From NCBI GenBank assembly GCA_013239625.1, contig MU053136.1, forward strand, positions 390,017 to 454,016: a stretch of 64,000 nt of DNA. The letters are read 5' to 3'. A program made the position numbers and the translations under genes. Source of the stretch: Lama guanicoe (lineage: Eukaryota). This document shows, piece after piece, positions 51,781-63,960 of the stretch. Below the pieces are notes generated by a model. The model searched no databases and had not been told where the DNA came from. It was given only the letters and a program-made list of their open reading frames with translations. Within the stretch, counting starts at the first letter, position 1; the number at the start of each line of letters is the position of its first letter.

Positions 51781-51837
51781 GTGGCATTACTATGATAAAG
51801 TGGCATTACTATGATAAAGTGGCATTACTATGATAAA
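51781..51837. repeat. Perfect 19-bp x3 tandem repeat (gtggcattactatgataaa)
   Basis: Three identical units, directly visible. Confidence 0.95.
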
Positions 51838-53384
51838 GCTAAAGAAATGCAAGCAGCAGAGGTGCTCGTTGTTTGAGCACTGCTGCCCTTCATTTGAAAG
51901 AGAAGGAAATTTGATTTGTTCTGTTTCGCTCAAGGAAGTAAAATGGGTATTTTTGGCCTAGAATGTAGAGAAACTGATAGAAACTGTAATGAAGCCCAGC
52001 TGACACTTCAGTCCATTGATCAAAGCACCTGTAGTCCTTATTTCAGGACAAGTACAGCCATAAGAGATACTGAGCAAAGAAAGAGGGCACACATCCAGAA
52101 CATTTTAATTTTGTTTCTCTCTTTACTTTGCCCAAGGAATTGCTCTGGACGTCAGCCAACTCCTGTGGCCTTCCTTACACACCAGTGAATTCTTTTGCTT
52201 GCATTTATAGAGCAGAATGATTTTCTCATGCTTCTCTGATTTAGAAAATTGGCACAATTATTATTATTGTTGTTATTTTTCTTGGCCTAGTGCTAGTGAA
52301 ACCTATGACAGTTGACTTCTGAAATCCTTCAAGGACTTGGTGACCATCACATAACTATAGCTTTAAATGTTACATAAGTACTTTACACTCCATTTCCTCC
52401 ATATTCTGCTTTCTCTCTTGAAGAGAAGAGAGTGTTGGACCCATCTCTCTCACAACTCGTAGGGCCTTCTTTCCTGTTCTTCTCCCAAGGGCAATTAGTT
52501 GACTCATTTACTTTTTCAGGCATGCAGTTATCATAAAGTTTTTGTTTTCTGTCCTGTTTTGGGCACTATAGTGGAAAGAACATGGGATTTTGGGATCAAG
52601 AATACCTGGGTTTGAATCTGGCTCCTTGTACAGACTGTATGGTGCTGAATAATGGATTTTATTTGTAAAATGGAGGTATTTTATACCTTGAGAAGACCAA
52701 ATAAGATACTCTATATGAACTATAAAAAATCTAAAGTCATGAGGGGTGACCCAGATTAAGGGAAAAATGGGAGAGTTTACAAGCCTAATTTTTGGTCCCC
52801 AAAATATGTCTCCCGCTGACACTCTCTGAAGAGAAGCCTCGGATCTAGGCACCCCTCCCATCCCGTATTTCACGTCCCAGAACTCTCCTAAATATCTACC
52901 TTGGGACACGTAGAACTCTGGCTTTGGGGTCAGCCTTGTATTAACTTAGGAGAGTTACTTAATTCCTCTGAGCTTTGGTTTCTTCATCTGAGAAAATGCC
53001 CTAACAAAGAGTTTTGTGAGTATTAAAATAATGAATAGAAACAATAATCAAAGTCATAGAAAGAATGCAGATTTTAGCATCAGCACTAGAGTTTGGGCCT
53101 GCTTCTGTCATTTAGTAGTGGTGTGACTTTGGGCACATTCTTCCACTACTCTTGGTGGGTGTGAGTTGAAGTGCATAAAGCAGCAGGTTCATAATCATGC
53201 TCAGTAACCACTAATGCTTTTTCTTTTTCTCCTAACTCCAGTGTCTGAGAGTGTAAGAATTGGCTTGCCATCCTGAGCACCTAGACAGTTTTGTTTTGTT
53301 TTCAACCTGTCATTTTAACCCTATGGATGTTTTGTCCCCACTGTATTGACTCCTAAGGGGATTTTTTTCTGTGTGTGTGTGTGT

Positions 53385-53955
53385 TTAAGTAACATACAAT
53401 AAAATGCACAAATCTTAATCAGTTAATAAGTTTTGACAGTTGTATACACCCATGTAACCGCTACCCCAAACAAAATAGAATATTTCCATCACTCCTAAAG
53501 GATCCCTTTTGTCTCTTTTCAATCTTTTACCCCCAAACCTTAAGCAACCACTTTCTAATTTAAACCACTGTAGGTTAGTTTTGCCCGTTTTTGAATTTCA
53601 TATAAATGGACTTAATATAGTACATGATTTTTGGGAAGGAGATCCACTTTCTTCTACTTACCATACAGTTTTGAGATCCATCCATGTTTTTGTGTACGTC
53701 AGCATATATCCAGCATGGTCCCATCATGTCTCACTGGTGATAACTGAATCACTAGTTTCTTCTCAAACAAATCACAGAAAGGAAACAGAATTACCAGTGT
53801 TGGCCTAACTAATAAAGAGTCACCTCCTAGGGCTCAAGAATAGATCCTCTTACTTGATCTTGTGTCCTCAGGGGAAAGCAGACACCAAAAGTTCAGTCTT
53901 TAATTGTTGACTAGTATTCTATTATACGAATATACCACAGTTTATCCATTCTCCT
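53385..53955 (-). mobile_element. Old L1 (L1MB/ME-like) 3' end with a non-L1 insert at 53710-53890
   Basis: aacatacaataaaatgcacaaatcttaa...gttttgagatccatccatg ... tagtattctattatacgaatataccacagtttatccattctcctg. Confidence 0.75.
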
Positions 53956-54829
53956 GAGGCCCTAGATTTTAAATATTTTCTTAATATGAGTATCAATTTA
54001 GGAGTAATTTACTCTTGACATATAAATTAGAAAAGGACTGGAAAGTTTACAGGGATTTCACCACAGGGTAAGTCAGAATTTTTAGCCTCTAGCTATTGTC
54101 TTCTTGCTTGTGTTCTCTCTACTTGGCCATGGATGAAAAGAGAGAAAATGAAACTACCCTACTGTCTCTGGGTGTCCCCTGCATAATATATTCTTTTTGG
54201 TACAATGCCTAGAAAGTTGTTTATAGCGTTGATGGAAGGATATATAGTCTCACTGTGCACTGGAAGGTACTTACCTTGGCAGTCAAAAAATTTGTAGGGA
54301 ATATGCAGTATTCTCCCTGAAAAAATTGCCAGATCTTGGCTCCCAGTCATCCTCCCCTGTATCATCCTATTTCCTCACTCCCTCTCTTTGCCCTCTGCTC
54401 TCACAGTCCCCTCTGCGCAGCTTTAAGGCACTGATTATCCTCAGGAGACACTCTGCCTTAAAATTGTGCTTTTTGCCCAGATGAAAGGTACAATGTGCAC
54501 AGGTAGGTTGGAGGGAAGCACACATCTAGGCTCTCCCGGGAGCTTCTTGTCTTGCTTTGTTCTAGTCAAGTTACGTATGAAATAGTTCGTTTTTTCTTCT
54601 CCCACCAAAAAATTCCCGAATCCTTAATTTCCTCTCTATATTGTACTAAGTAAACCATCCAGAGTGGAAATTACTTCTCTGCCTTTTAACCCTCATCTGC
54701 TGGCTTTATTCTTGTTCCTTAAACTATTTTTTCCCTCCTAATAAATTGTCTTGTCCGTTGGCTACAACTTTTGTCTTTGTTTGGGCCCAGAAAAAATAGT
54801 TTCCAGGAATTATTATGCCCCGAGAATAA

Positions 54830-55410
54830 GGAGAGGCTTCTGCATTAGATTGCAGGGCTGGAAATGACTGTAGTTAAAGGTCATTTTAGAGAACAAAAGA
54901 GAGCCTTAGCTCAAGAAATACAGTTTTGAGTTCCATATATCTCCTGATAGATCTTGACTCTAGAATAGTAATACTCTGACCTGTCATTACTGGCTTAATC
55001 TCTCTGCTCCACCACTTTCCATCTGTTGGCAGGTTGTTGCAGTCCAGGCTTCATCTGCACAAAAGACTGCCTTCAGCAGATAACCATTTTTCTAGTGGCC
55101 TTTTTTTTTTTTTTTTTCCCTAAACGCAATGGGAAGCTTCTCTTTAAAGCCACCCACCCAGCAAGGTCTCTTGTGTCTTACTGGTGATGATCGAGTCTCT
55201 TGCCCCTTCCTAACCCAGTCACAAAAAGGAAACAGAATTACCACGATTAGTCTAGTTAATTAAGATCCACCTCCTAGGGCTCGGGGATAGGATTACCTTC
55301 CTTCTCTTATCACGTGTCCTCAGCCACACCAAAAGAAAATCTGGACAAGACTGAATGTGGGAGCAAGGGGAGCTCTGGATGGGCAGCTGGTGAGGTGCAC
55401 TGCTGTGCTT
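54830..55410 (-). mobile_element. Very old MaLR LTR (MLT1K-like) remnant
   Basis: gtcttactggtgatgatcgagtctcttgccccttcctaacccagtcac...attaccacgattagtctag...aaaatctggac; boundaries uncertain. Confidence 0.5.
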
Positions 55411-55899
55411 TTCCCTTGACTGCTGCTTCCTTTTTCCTCAGAGGAAGAACTGCTTTGTTTTATACAGCCCTTTAAGAGGCCAGTAGTCTCAGTGGAAATG
55501 ACTGTCAAAATTCTTAAAAGTGAGGGCATTAGTCACTGTTTGTTTTATGGATGCCTTAAAGAACCTAAGGCTCATGTTTTCCTGTTTCCCAGTGAATGAA
55601 GGAAACCATGTGGCTCCCTACAACTTAAGTTGGAATATGTGACCACATTCCACAGGTGGCTGTTACAAAAGATCATGTTTTGTTTAGTTGTTTTTTTTAT
55701 TAGTGCTTTGGCTGAGTAACAGTGCTTGGGTACCATGAAGTTAGTCTAGGTGTCCAGATAGTTGAGCCTCTTCTGACTTACATATGAAGAGGGGCTGCAA
55801 AGTTGTCATTCTGATTTGACAAATTATCTATTTGGTAATTGAGGCCCATCCTGGAAAAAGCAACAACCAGCTGCTTTATATTTTTCTATATCATCTCTC

Positions 55900-56215
55900 T
55901 TTTTTTTATTGAGATATAATTGAATATAGCTCTGTGTAAGTTCTGCTTAATGATTTGACATACATATATTGTGAAATGGTTACTGCAATAAGTTTAGTTA
56001 ACATCCATTTCCTCATATAGTTACAAAAAATTTTTTTTCTTGTGATGAGAACTTCTGGATTTACTCTCTTAGCGACTTTCAAATACACCATACATACAGC
56101 GTTGTTAACTATAGTCATCACATAATGTATTTCATCTCCAGAACTTACTTACCTTATAACTGGAAGTTTGTAGCTTTTGACCACCTTTATCCAATACCTT
56201 TACTCTCCTCCCTTC
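55900..56215 (-). mobile_element. L1MA9-like 3' end
   Basis: tttattgagatataattga...ttcttgtgatgagaactt...ccagaacttacttaccttataactggaagtttgta. Confidence 0.85.
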
Positions 56216-56229
56216 ACTTTCTCTCTTTG

Positions 56230-56550
56230 ACAGAGTGATCTAAGGCTATTTAAGCCTGAAAAAGAAAAATATGGAAGGTCTATCATATGGTAAAAGAAGT
56301 AAATTTAATTTTGTGTGACTCTAAGGCAGAGTAAGGATCAAGACTGAAATAGCTCATAGCTTATTATAGGAAGCAACTATATAACAGGTAAGACTATTAA
56401 AGGGATAGTGAGATGATCCTGCCCCAGGAGTTCTCCAGGAGAGGCATGCAGGCCCCTCTCAGAACTTACAGAAAGGAGTTCTTCTTTGAGGGGGATAGAG
56501 GAGATTCCATGAGGTTGTGTCTAAGAACTCTTCCAATTCAGATCTTTATT
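56230..56550 (+). mobile_element. Possible CR1/L3-like fossil
   Basis: tttaagcctgaaaaagaaaa...aatttaattttgtgtgactctaaggcagagtaaggatcaa...ctaagaactcttccaattcagat weakly resembles CR1 3' ends. Confidence 0.45.
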
Positions 56551-57719
56551 GACGTTTCACAGCCAAGATGTATAGAAAAGGCACGTACTGAGTTTCACTG
56601 TCCTTCAAGCTGAAGAGAACGAAGGCTTGATCTACCCGTAGGGAAGAAAAACCAATATATGTGTGTATGTAGTTCCCATGTACAGCTGATGGCCCGTAGA
56701 GCTCTGTAGGTTATAGCTCTTTATAGAAGCCTCTAGGTACTGAATCAATTAATTTTTAAAAACCAGCCATTTTCTTTTGTAGTCAGTTTCTTCCAGTAAT
56801 TCTCATCTTTAAATTCAGCTGTATGACTATGATTGTATGAATGACTCTCTGGCCTTTTGAAGGGAATTTATCTAGTCCTATGCGAGGTAAGTGTATGCCA
56901 GTATGAGGTTACCCATGCTTCTCAAGAGCATTTTGGGTCTTATCCTCTAAACTGATTTGAAGGAGGAAAAAAATATCTGGTACGACAGTTTTCTTGAAGC
57001 ATTGTTTATCTTGGTTTCTAGGGTCACATGGAATAGACATCACATCTGGGAGGGTTTCCAGTCTTATCTTTTTAAAGAAAGGAAAGAAATATTCACAATT
57101 CAAGTACAGTTTATAATCCACGTGAGGAGAAACCTCTACAAGCCATTGTTGAAGCTAAGCGTGTTTGACTTCAACAGTTGTTGAGGACATGAACTTCTGT
57201 AAGGAGCGTTAATTTCTGTTTCTGAGTGTGTGCTTGAATTAGTGTGTTGACTTCGTTACAGCATTTCCCAGGTAGCAATAGCAAATGATAAAGAGCTAGT
57301 CACCCTGACACCACAAATCTCTGCGTCTTTGGGAAGCACTAGAGCGACTGAACCCAGACAATGAGTAGCAAAGGAGAAATTCTCTCTTCCCCCAGGGAGA
57401 AACCCAGTCTTTCGAAGGACAGATGACAAAGTTCTCTTCTTGCCTTTTCAGCTTGCTTTAAGATAAAGGAAAGAATTTAAGATTCTGTAACCGTTATCTG
57501 ATTTTGCTGCTTTTTGATGGGGGAGACACTTGAAGCTGGTAACAATGTTGTGGTTTGTAGTAGCTCTGAAAGTTCTCCCTTGGGAAAGGAGAGTGATCCT
57601 CTCTGGTATTGAATAGAGCTTTATATTTTCCTTCTTTCTGAAGAGAGTCTCCTGAGTTAACTCTGTGGAGTGCTCAAGCTGAAAATGTGAGCAAACTTCT
57701 GTAGGGAACAAGGGAGGGC

Positions 57720-58062
57720 AAATAAAGCGACAAGGGGACTCATACTACATTGCTTTAGAACTGAATCATGGTGAATCTCAACATAATTATGCTGAGTAAA
57801 CTGATAATGTATGATGTAAAATTCTAGAAAATACAGACTAATCTGTAGTGACAACAGATCAATGGTTGGCTAGGGCTGGTAGAGAGGAGGCGGAAGGGCT
57901 TACCAAGGCGCAGGAGGAAACTTTTGGAGGTCATGAATGTGCTGTCTTGATTGTGGTGATGTTTCCCAGGTGTATGCATGCTTCATAATTCATTTAACTG
58001 TACATTTTAAATGTATGCAGTTTATATCTATTTTACCTCAGTAAAGCTTTTTGTGAAAAAAA
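57720..58062 (+). mobile_element. Old L1 3' end
   Basis: gtgaatctcaacataattatgctgagt...aaattctagaaaatacagactaatctgtagtgaca...tcttgattgtggtgatg. Confidence 0.8.
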
Positions 58063-58247
58063 ATTAGTGAAATTAATCTAGGGGCAGCATTTGTCAAAAG
58101 ATGCCTCTACTGAGCTCCAGGGAAGCTGTTGCAGATGTCGCTGTGAGGGGCAAGTCCTGCAGACGGGTGAGTTTGGACGCACTCCTTCTGTAATGCATCT
58201 GATGTTTCTTCAGGAGTCTATAGAGGCTGCTGCGTTCTATGAAGAAG

Positions 58248-58412
58248 ATGTCTAGCAGTAACACTACTCAAGAGACGCTGGAAATAATGAAAGAATCAGA
58301 AAAAAAACTGGTGGAAGAATCTGTAAACAAAAACAAGTTTATATCTAAGGCTCCAAGCAAGGAAGAAACTGAGAAAGAGAGTGAAGATACCAGTTTGCGT
58401 CAGGAGACACAG
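58248..58412 (+). CDS. R3HDM2: R3H domain-containing protein 2, first coding exon (exon 58214-58412; CDS from ATG 58248, with an in-frame upstream ATG at 58239)
   Basis: Translation MSSSNTTQETLEIMKESEKKLVEESVNKNKFISKAPSKEETEKESEDTSLRQETQ matches the recognised N-terminus of mammalian R3HDM2. Acceptor tttcttcag|G at 58213/58214, donor CAG|gtaagg at 58412/58413; 165 nt, phase 0. Confidence 0.95.
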
Positions 58413-59919
58413 GTAAGGATTAAAAGTGCATCATACGCACACTCTTTCTGCCTCAGTAGAACTGTCACTACAGGGGCATTGGGCATCTCTGGGAAGTCAG
58501 TCACGTACACAAATGTGTGATTCTCCCTAAAAACCCAACTTCAGCTCTCAGGAAATATCTCCTTCCCTTTCTGTCAGAGTCCACATGATGTCTAAAGAAA
58601 ACAGAATGAACTCCCTAATCCGTTTGGATCTGAGTTACACTGGTTCTTGCTACATTTTGATATTTTTTAACTATCAAAAAATAAACTGTATACAAAGACA
58701 TATTCGAACAGTGGCAGCTAGAGAACAAAATATTTCAGAGCATTGTCTGATTTTAATTCATCTTTTTATGTAGTTGCTGTCTTAATCTTGATTGTATATG
58801 GCTTACACAATAAACTCTTAAAACTAGATTTGCCTTGCTTTATACACAGTGTTAAATTCTTATCCTGGTTGTGTTAAAGCAGTCAGCATTTTCTGGGTCA
58901 GAAATAGTCTCTGAACTTGCCACTTGGTAAATGTAAGTAAGAAGAATTTTACTCGTTGGTTGCCATGTTGTTTTCCATCCAAATTCGTACTGCAGTGCAG
59001 GTAGGATGGCAGCAGAGGGCCAGCCCAGCTTCTTGCAGGGCTCTTCTCTGATGCCCAGCCAGCCTGGATCTGAGCCTCCTCTCGCCTACCTGTTCCAGTT
59101 CTCTTCCCTGTGGTCACTACTAGTTTGCTGTTTCCCAAGCCCAAATTTTATGAATCCTTTTCTTCCTGCCCAGGGGTGAGACTGATCTTTATTATAATAC
59201 ACCTAGGAGATAGACTGCTAATTGTAGTTAAGTTAGTTTAAAGAGTAATAGCAGTAACATTTTGGAGGGTCTGGAAACTTGAGGCATGATTCTTTTTGAC
59301 AATTCAATTCACCTAGGCCTTGTCGTCCTTAACGATTAAGACAGCAGCTATAACATAAAGGGATAAAGTAAAATCAGACAACTCCCTGGAATATTTTGTT
59401 CTCTAGCTGCCTACTTTTCTGCTATTTCCCTCTTACCGTCAGCCAGATCTCTGTCCTGGCTGCTTTTCTTTGTTATCTTTTGCATGTGAGTTGTCATTCC
59501 ACATACCCCCCCCACCCATCCTTCCAGAGTTTGTGGAGACAGTCTGCCACTGTTCCAGCTATACTTCTGGCCTCCACTATACCCAGCAATGCATTTTAAA
59601 TCCTCAGGACAGATACGTGTTGAATGTTTAATTATGTGCTGTCATGTTATATGGAAGATGATAATTAAATGAACTTTGGGATCCAAGTTACTCTATTCTC
59701 AGGAGACTATTTTAAGTGGTGTTCTGAACTCCTGTTGCATATACTTCTTGAAGATAGGCAGAAAAGAAAGGATGACTATAGGTTTTATATGCCTTATGGA
59801 TACTCACTTGGTTTAAGAATATCTTCACCTGGATATACAAAAAGGTTGTGTGGGAGACTGGGAGGGGAGCCAGCCTCCCCTCTGACTCCTTTTGCTGCTG
59901 CCAGAGCAGGTGGAGCTGC

Positions 59920-59937
59920 TGCTGCCATCTACTGGAG
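59920..59937 (-). promoter_or_regulatory. Candidate CTCF-binding motif
   Basis: Minus strand reads CTCCAGTAGATGGCAGCA, a close match to the CTCF core CC(A/G)(C/G)(C/T)AG(A/G)(G/T)GGC(A/G). Confidence 0.5.
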
Positions 59938-60299
59938 CTCCTGCTGCTTCTTCAACATCTCCATTCTTTTTGGCCACCGTTCAGAAGCTCTCTCCCTTCT
60001 ACAAATGTGCACCTTCAATAGCACTAAAAGTTCTGCTCTTTCTCCTGCCTTCCCCAGCTCACACCTTGGAAGTCTCCCCAAGAATCTTTCTGACGCTGTC
60101 AAGGGAGTGCCTGTTAGGAACTAGAGCTAGAAAGGTTGAGGAAAAGGGAATTCGATTACTATACTGTGTGAGATATATTCTTAGAATCAGCAGTTGTAAC
60201 TCAGACCATCTTTTGCATGGAAACAGTGCTGTAAAAGACAGGTTCTGAGATTTAGTTCAGAGTGGGCAAACCCTGACAACACATACTGAACTTAGATGT

Positions 60300-61152
60300 G
60301 TCCTTTAAATAACCAGCTGGGGTATGGCCTCCTGGCTAGCCTTTCTGCCTTTATACTTGTAATCCCTTCTGATTCACCTACCATACTGCTTTAGAAAGAT
60401 GGTTATGAAATAAAGATCTGACTGTGTTAATTCTCTTCAAACTTTTTGTGTGTCTCATTGCCTTAGGCTAAGAACCCACATTTGTCAGCATGGCATATTA
60501 TAACCTAGTCCCTTGCCTGCCATCCATCTACCTCTGGCATCCTGTGCTTCAGCATTAACTGATTCCCTGGTCCCTGTTATAAATAGGTCCCTGTTATAAA
60601 ATGTTTGGGGAAAGCATGCTTTTGTTCGTACTTTCTCTGCCTAGAATGCCCTCCTTGGTATTCTTTCCCTGACCTCCTCCAGCCCCCAAAGCCCCCCTGC
60701 CAACGTTTGTCTAGTACCTATTTATCCTTCAAAACTCAATCCAGATGTGTCTTTCTCCAGGGAGCCTTCCTTGACAACCTTACATTGCAGTCTATATTGT
60801 GTAACTCTTTGATTAATGTCTGTCTCCTTCACAGAATGATAAGCTCAGGATTAGGTCAGTTCAGGCTCACCACTGTATCTCTTTGGTCTTGTAGGCACCC
60901 AGTATTTGTGATCACATAAGTTTGTGAACTTCTAGGTCTGAGTTAGACACTTGAGTTCCTGTAGCATTCCATGAGTACCTCTGTAGTGCACTAAATGTAC
61001 TGTGTTGTAATTGTCTATTTGTCTGGCTTCTCCAACAGGATTATGAGTTCCTTTTTGACAAGGTTTGTGTCTTTTATCTCTGTGTCCTCCAGTAGTTAGC
61101 ATGGTGCCTAATACATATTAGGCTTTCAATATGTGTTTGACTATTAAATGAA
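60300..61152 (+). mobile_element. L2 3' fragments (probably two ends)
   Basis: tctgcctagaatgccct...tttatccttcaaaactcaa...ctttctccagggagccttcc; gcatggtgcctaatacatattaggctttcaatatgtgtttga. Confidence 0.75.
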
Positions 61153-61174
61153 AACTGCATTCTGGGAAATAAGC

Positions 61175-61735
61175 AGACATACGTTGCTTGTAGGGTTATA
61201 AATTGGTATAACTTTTTGAAGTGTAATTTGGCAATATTTTATAAAATTTTAAATTGGACTCCAGATATACCATATTTATAGATATATTCAATATATAATG
61301 ATATATTCAATGTGACTGAAGCATTGTTTATACTAACAAAAGATCAGAAACACCCTAAATGGTACAGTGTAAGGGACTGGTAAAATAAGTTATGGTGTGG
61401 CCACACGATGCAATATTATGCAGCTGTTAAGAAAAACAGTATCTCTTCTGAAGAATGATATTTGTGGGAAAAAACTTTAAAAGCAAACTTCAGAGCAATG
61501 TTTGCAATATACTTCTATTTGGTTTTTTTTAAAAAAATGTGTGTTCACATTTACTATAAGCTTACAGATGCTTAAAAGATCTCTGGAAAGATTACGAGAA
61601 ATCCAATACTAGTTGATCCTTAGGAGAGATCCAGGTAGCTGGGGAGCAGTTGTGAAAGGACACTTACTACTCTATATACTATCCTTGTAACTCTTGAATG
61701 TTTGTGTCTTTTGTGTGTTACTACTTATTTGAAAA
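61175..61735 (+). mobile_element. Very old L1 (L1ME-like) 3' fragment
   Basis: gttataaattggtataactttttgaagtgtaatttggcaata...gcattgtttatactaacaaaagatcagaaacaccctaaat. Confidence 0.7.
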
Positions 61736-62877
61736 AATGGTGACAAATGCTGCTTCATATTCCTGAACTATGACTCTTCCCTTACTGTAACTGATCTTAC
61801 CACTGACCAGATCCACCATTTCTTACTCTTTCATCCATCTTTGCAGTTCTCAGTTTTGTATGGTAGCAGTGTTGTTTGGTAATCAATGAAGAGAGCAAAG
61901 GAAAGAGAAATCCCACCTACCCAGGACCATGCTGGTTCTCTGCCTCTGTCTTGTTTCCTTTCCTCCACCCACCAGCCTCAGTTTTCTCCACACCCCAGTG
62001 GCAGTGAGTTCTATTGCAGACATCTTAGAAGCCCTAAGTGCCACCCGTAGCCCTACCCAGCCTCTTCCCCAAAGCCCCCATTTTGACTTCTCAGCTATTC
62101 AGAAATCTTACCATTAATCAGTCATTCTTCCCCTCGTCCCACCTCAGCCTCTCATTCATCTTCCTCAGCTTCTACCCTACTCCTTACCCACTGTCCTTCC
62201 CTTTGCTCTGGAGGTCTTGTCCATATCCTTCATGCTCCCTTCTTTTTATCCTGTCCTGTCTTATATCCCTGACCCAGACAGGCTGTAAAAGCCACCACCA
62301 GAAGCTTAGAATTGGAAGAATTCTCATATTCAGGAGGTAGGCAGTTGGCAAGAAGAGCCTTCATTCCATTTTGCAGCCATGGGGTCAGGTCTTCTGAGTA
62401 TCTTAAGTTAGTACTCTGAATGCATTGCTCTATAAAGATGTTATTTTAAGCGATGGTCAGAGGCCATATTTCATATCCATTATGAGCTAGAGGAGCTCCT
62501 TTGAGCAAGCCTGGGGGAAAAAATCACTCTGTCATGCTATAGTAGTGTTATTTCCAGAAGCATCCTAATCAGGAGAGGATTTGTGGCTTATCCAAAAGTA
62601 ATTTTTATTAATCTGTGAAATAAGCCAACCAGTCAGTATCTTCCTATTCTTTATTTTCATGGTGAGTGATGATTTGTCTGTAGATGGTCTGTGGTCCCTT
62701 CCACATTACAGTTGCTAGAGTAGTAGCACAGGGGACAACCATAACAAAAGAATCTTATCGTAGTTTGGCTGTTGTAATGGTTTTACAGTTCGTGCTTTTT
62801 CTCTTTAAACTTGTATTGCTTTTAACTTAAGTGTTGATTTCTCCCACCTTTAATATTGTCTAATCCCCTTCTGACAG

Positions 62878-62919
62878 AGGCGGACATCCAACCATGGTCA
62901 TGCCAGGAAAAGAGCCAAG
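62878..62919 (+). CDS. R3HDM2: R3HDM2 second coding exon (42 nt, RRTSNHGHARKRAK)
   Basis: Acceptor cccttctgacag|AGG, donor AAG|gtgaga, phase 0 at both ends. The peptide continues the R3HDM2 sequence directly after ...LRQETQ. Too short for the ORF track. Confidence 0.93.
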
Positions 62920-63789
62920 GTGAGAGCCCTTTCTCTATAGCTTATTTTCTAGTATTACTAGTAGTACACTACACAAATGGACTTATCCCTGATAATCTAG
63001 TTTATTTGGATTATGTATAGACAAAGTTTTTTGCCTGCACTTTATACCCTAATTGTGACCATGCATACATACACACAAACACGAATGCACATGCACAGAT
63101 TTCCTTTTGGAAGGTCAGGCTTTATTCTTCTCCATTATCTTTAGTTCAGTCATTATTTCCGATACCTGAAAGGATACCCAGCCAGAGCCTTCCATAAGCA
63201 AAGCCTGAGCACACTGGTGCTAATTCCACTATAATGCCAATTTCTCTACTCACCTCTAGCTCTCTTATTTTTACCCCTAACATTTTTTTTGCTATGCAAA
63301 TTTTCTTTAAGATAAATTCTGCCCCATTAGTAGAAGTGATTCAACATTTTTGTGTGCCCTAAAAGTACAGGCTTTGTTTTGTTTTGTTTTGGCTTGGTTC
63401 ACTTTTTAGGTTGGGGCAGAGAGGAAGATGTTGTTTTTAATCATTATATGATAAAAGTAGCACATCACAGATCATTTTAAGGAGTGTTATCAGGGTGTTA
63501 CAGGTGTCAGTGTGTGATATCTTTTTAATTTTAATTGGGGAACTGTAAAATATTAAACTGGCCTTGCATTAGGAAGAATTGTCACCAGAAATAACAATAA
63601 ACGATGTCCACCCCTTTCCCCCAGCAAAACTAGTGGCAGAATTTGGGATTGTCCCAACCAGTGTGTAGCTTGGGGTTGAAGAAGACCATGACGTATATGA
63701 TAAATTGGCTCTGTGGCTTGCCGTATATAGCCTAATCCACAGTGATGGGCTTGGCATTAAAGTTTAAGACAGAGGGTGTTCTTTGCTAC

Positions 63790-63960
63790 TTCACTTCCTC
63801 CAAACTTTTCAAAATAAGTAGGACAGTTATTACCTCCATTTTATAGATGAGGAAACTTGGGCTTATAGAGTTTGAGTGAGTTTGACAGAGGACATTCAGT
63901 AAGGGGCAGAACGAGGCTTGAAGTCAGTTCTTCAGATTGGCAAGTTCTTTTCACTAGACT
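63790..63960 (-). mobile_element. MIR SINE
   Basis: tattacctccattttatagatgaggaaacttgggctta. Confidence 0.75.

Noticed and set aside
51781..51837. Short direct repeats as a possible CRISPR-like array
   Set aside because: Head-to-tail units without spacers in a mammalian intron; a simple minisatellite.
51853..51886. Small hairpin gcagcag..gtgctc-loop-gagcactgctgc as a possible miRNA
   Set aside because: Stem far too short for a pre-miRNA. The miR-128 hairpins known from the paralogs R3HDM1 and ARPP21 were not seen in this window.
58413..58520. ORF-track continuation VRIKSASY... after the R3HDM2 exon
   Set aside because: Intronic read-through past the CAG|gtaagg donor; the real frame continues at 62878.
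59669..60248. Longest ORFs in the track (151 aa and 118 aa)
   Set aside because: No recognisable protein family, no convincing splice sites, and located in R3HDM2 intron; lengths are compatible with chance.
60569..60600. 17-bp tandem duplication ggtccctgttataaa(ta)
   Set aside because: Real, but lies inside an L2 fossil; ordinary slippage with no sign of function.
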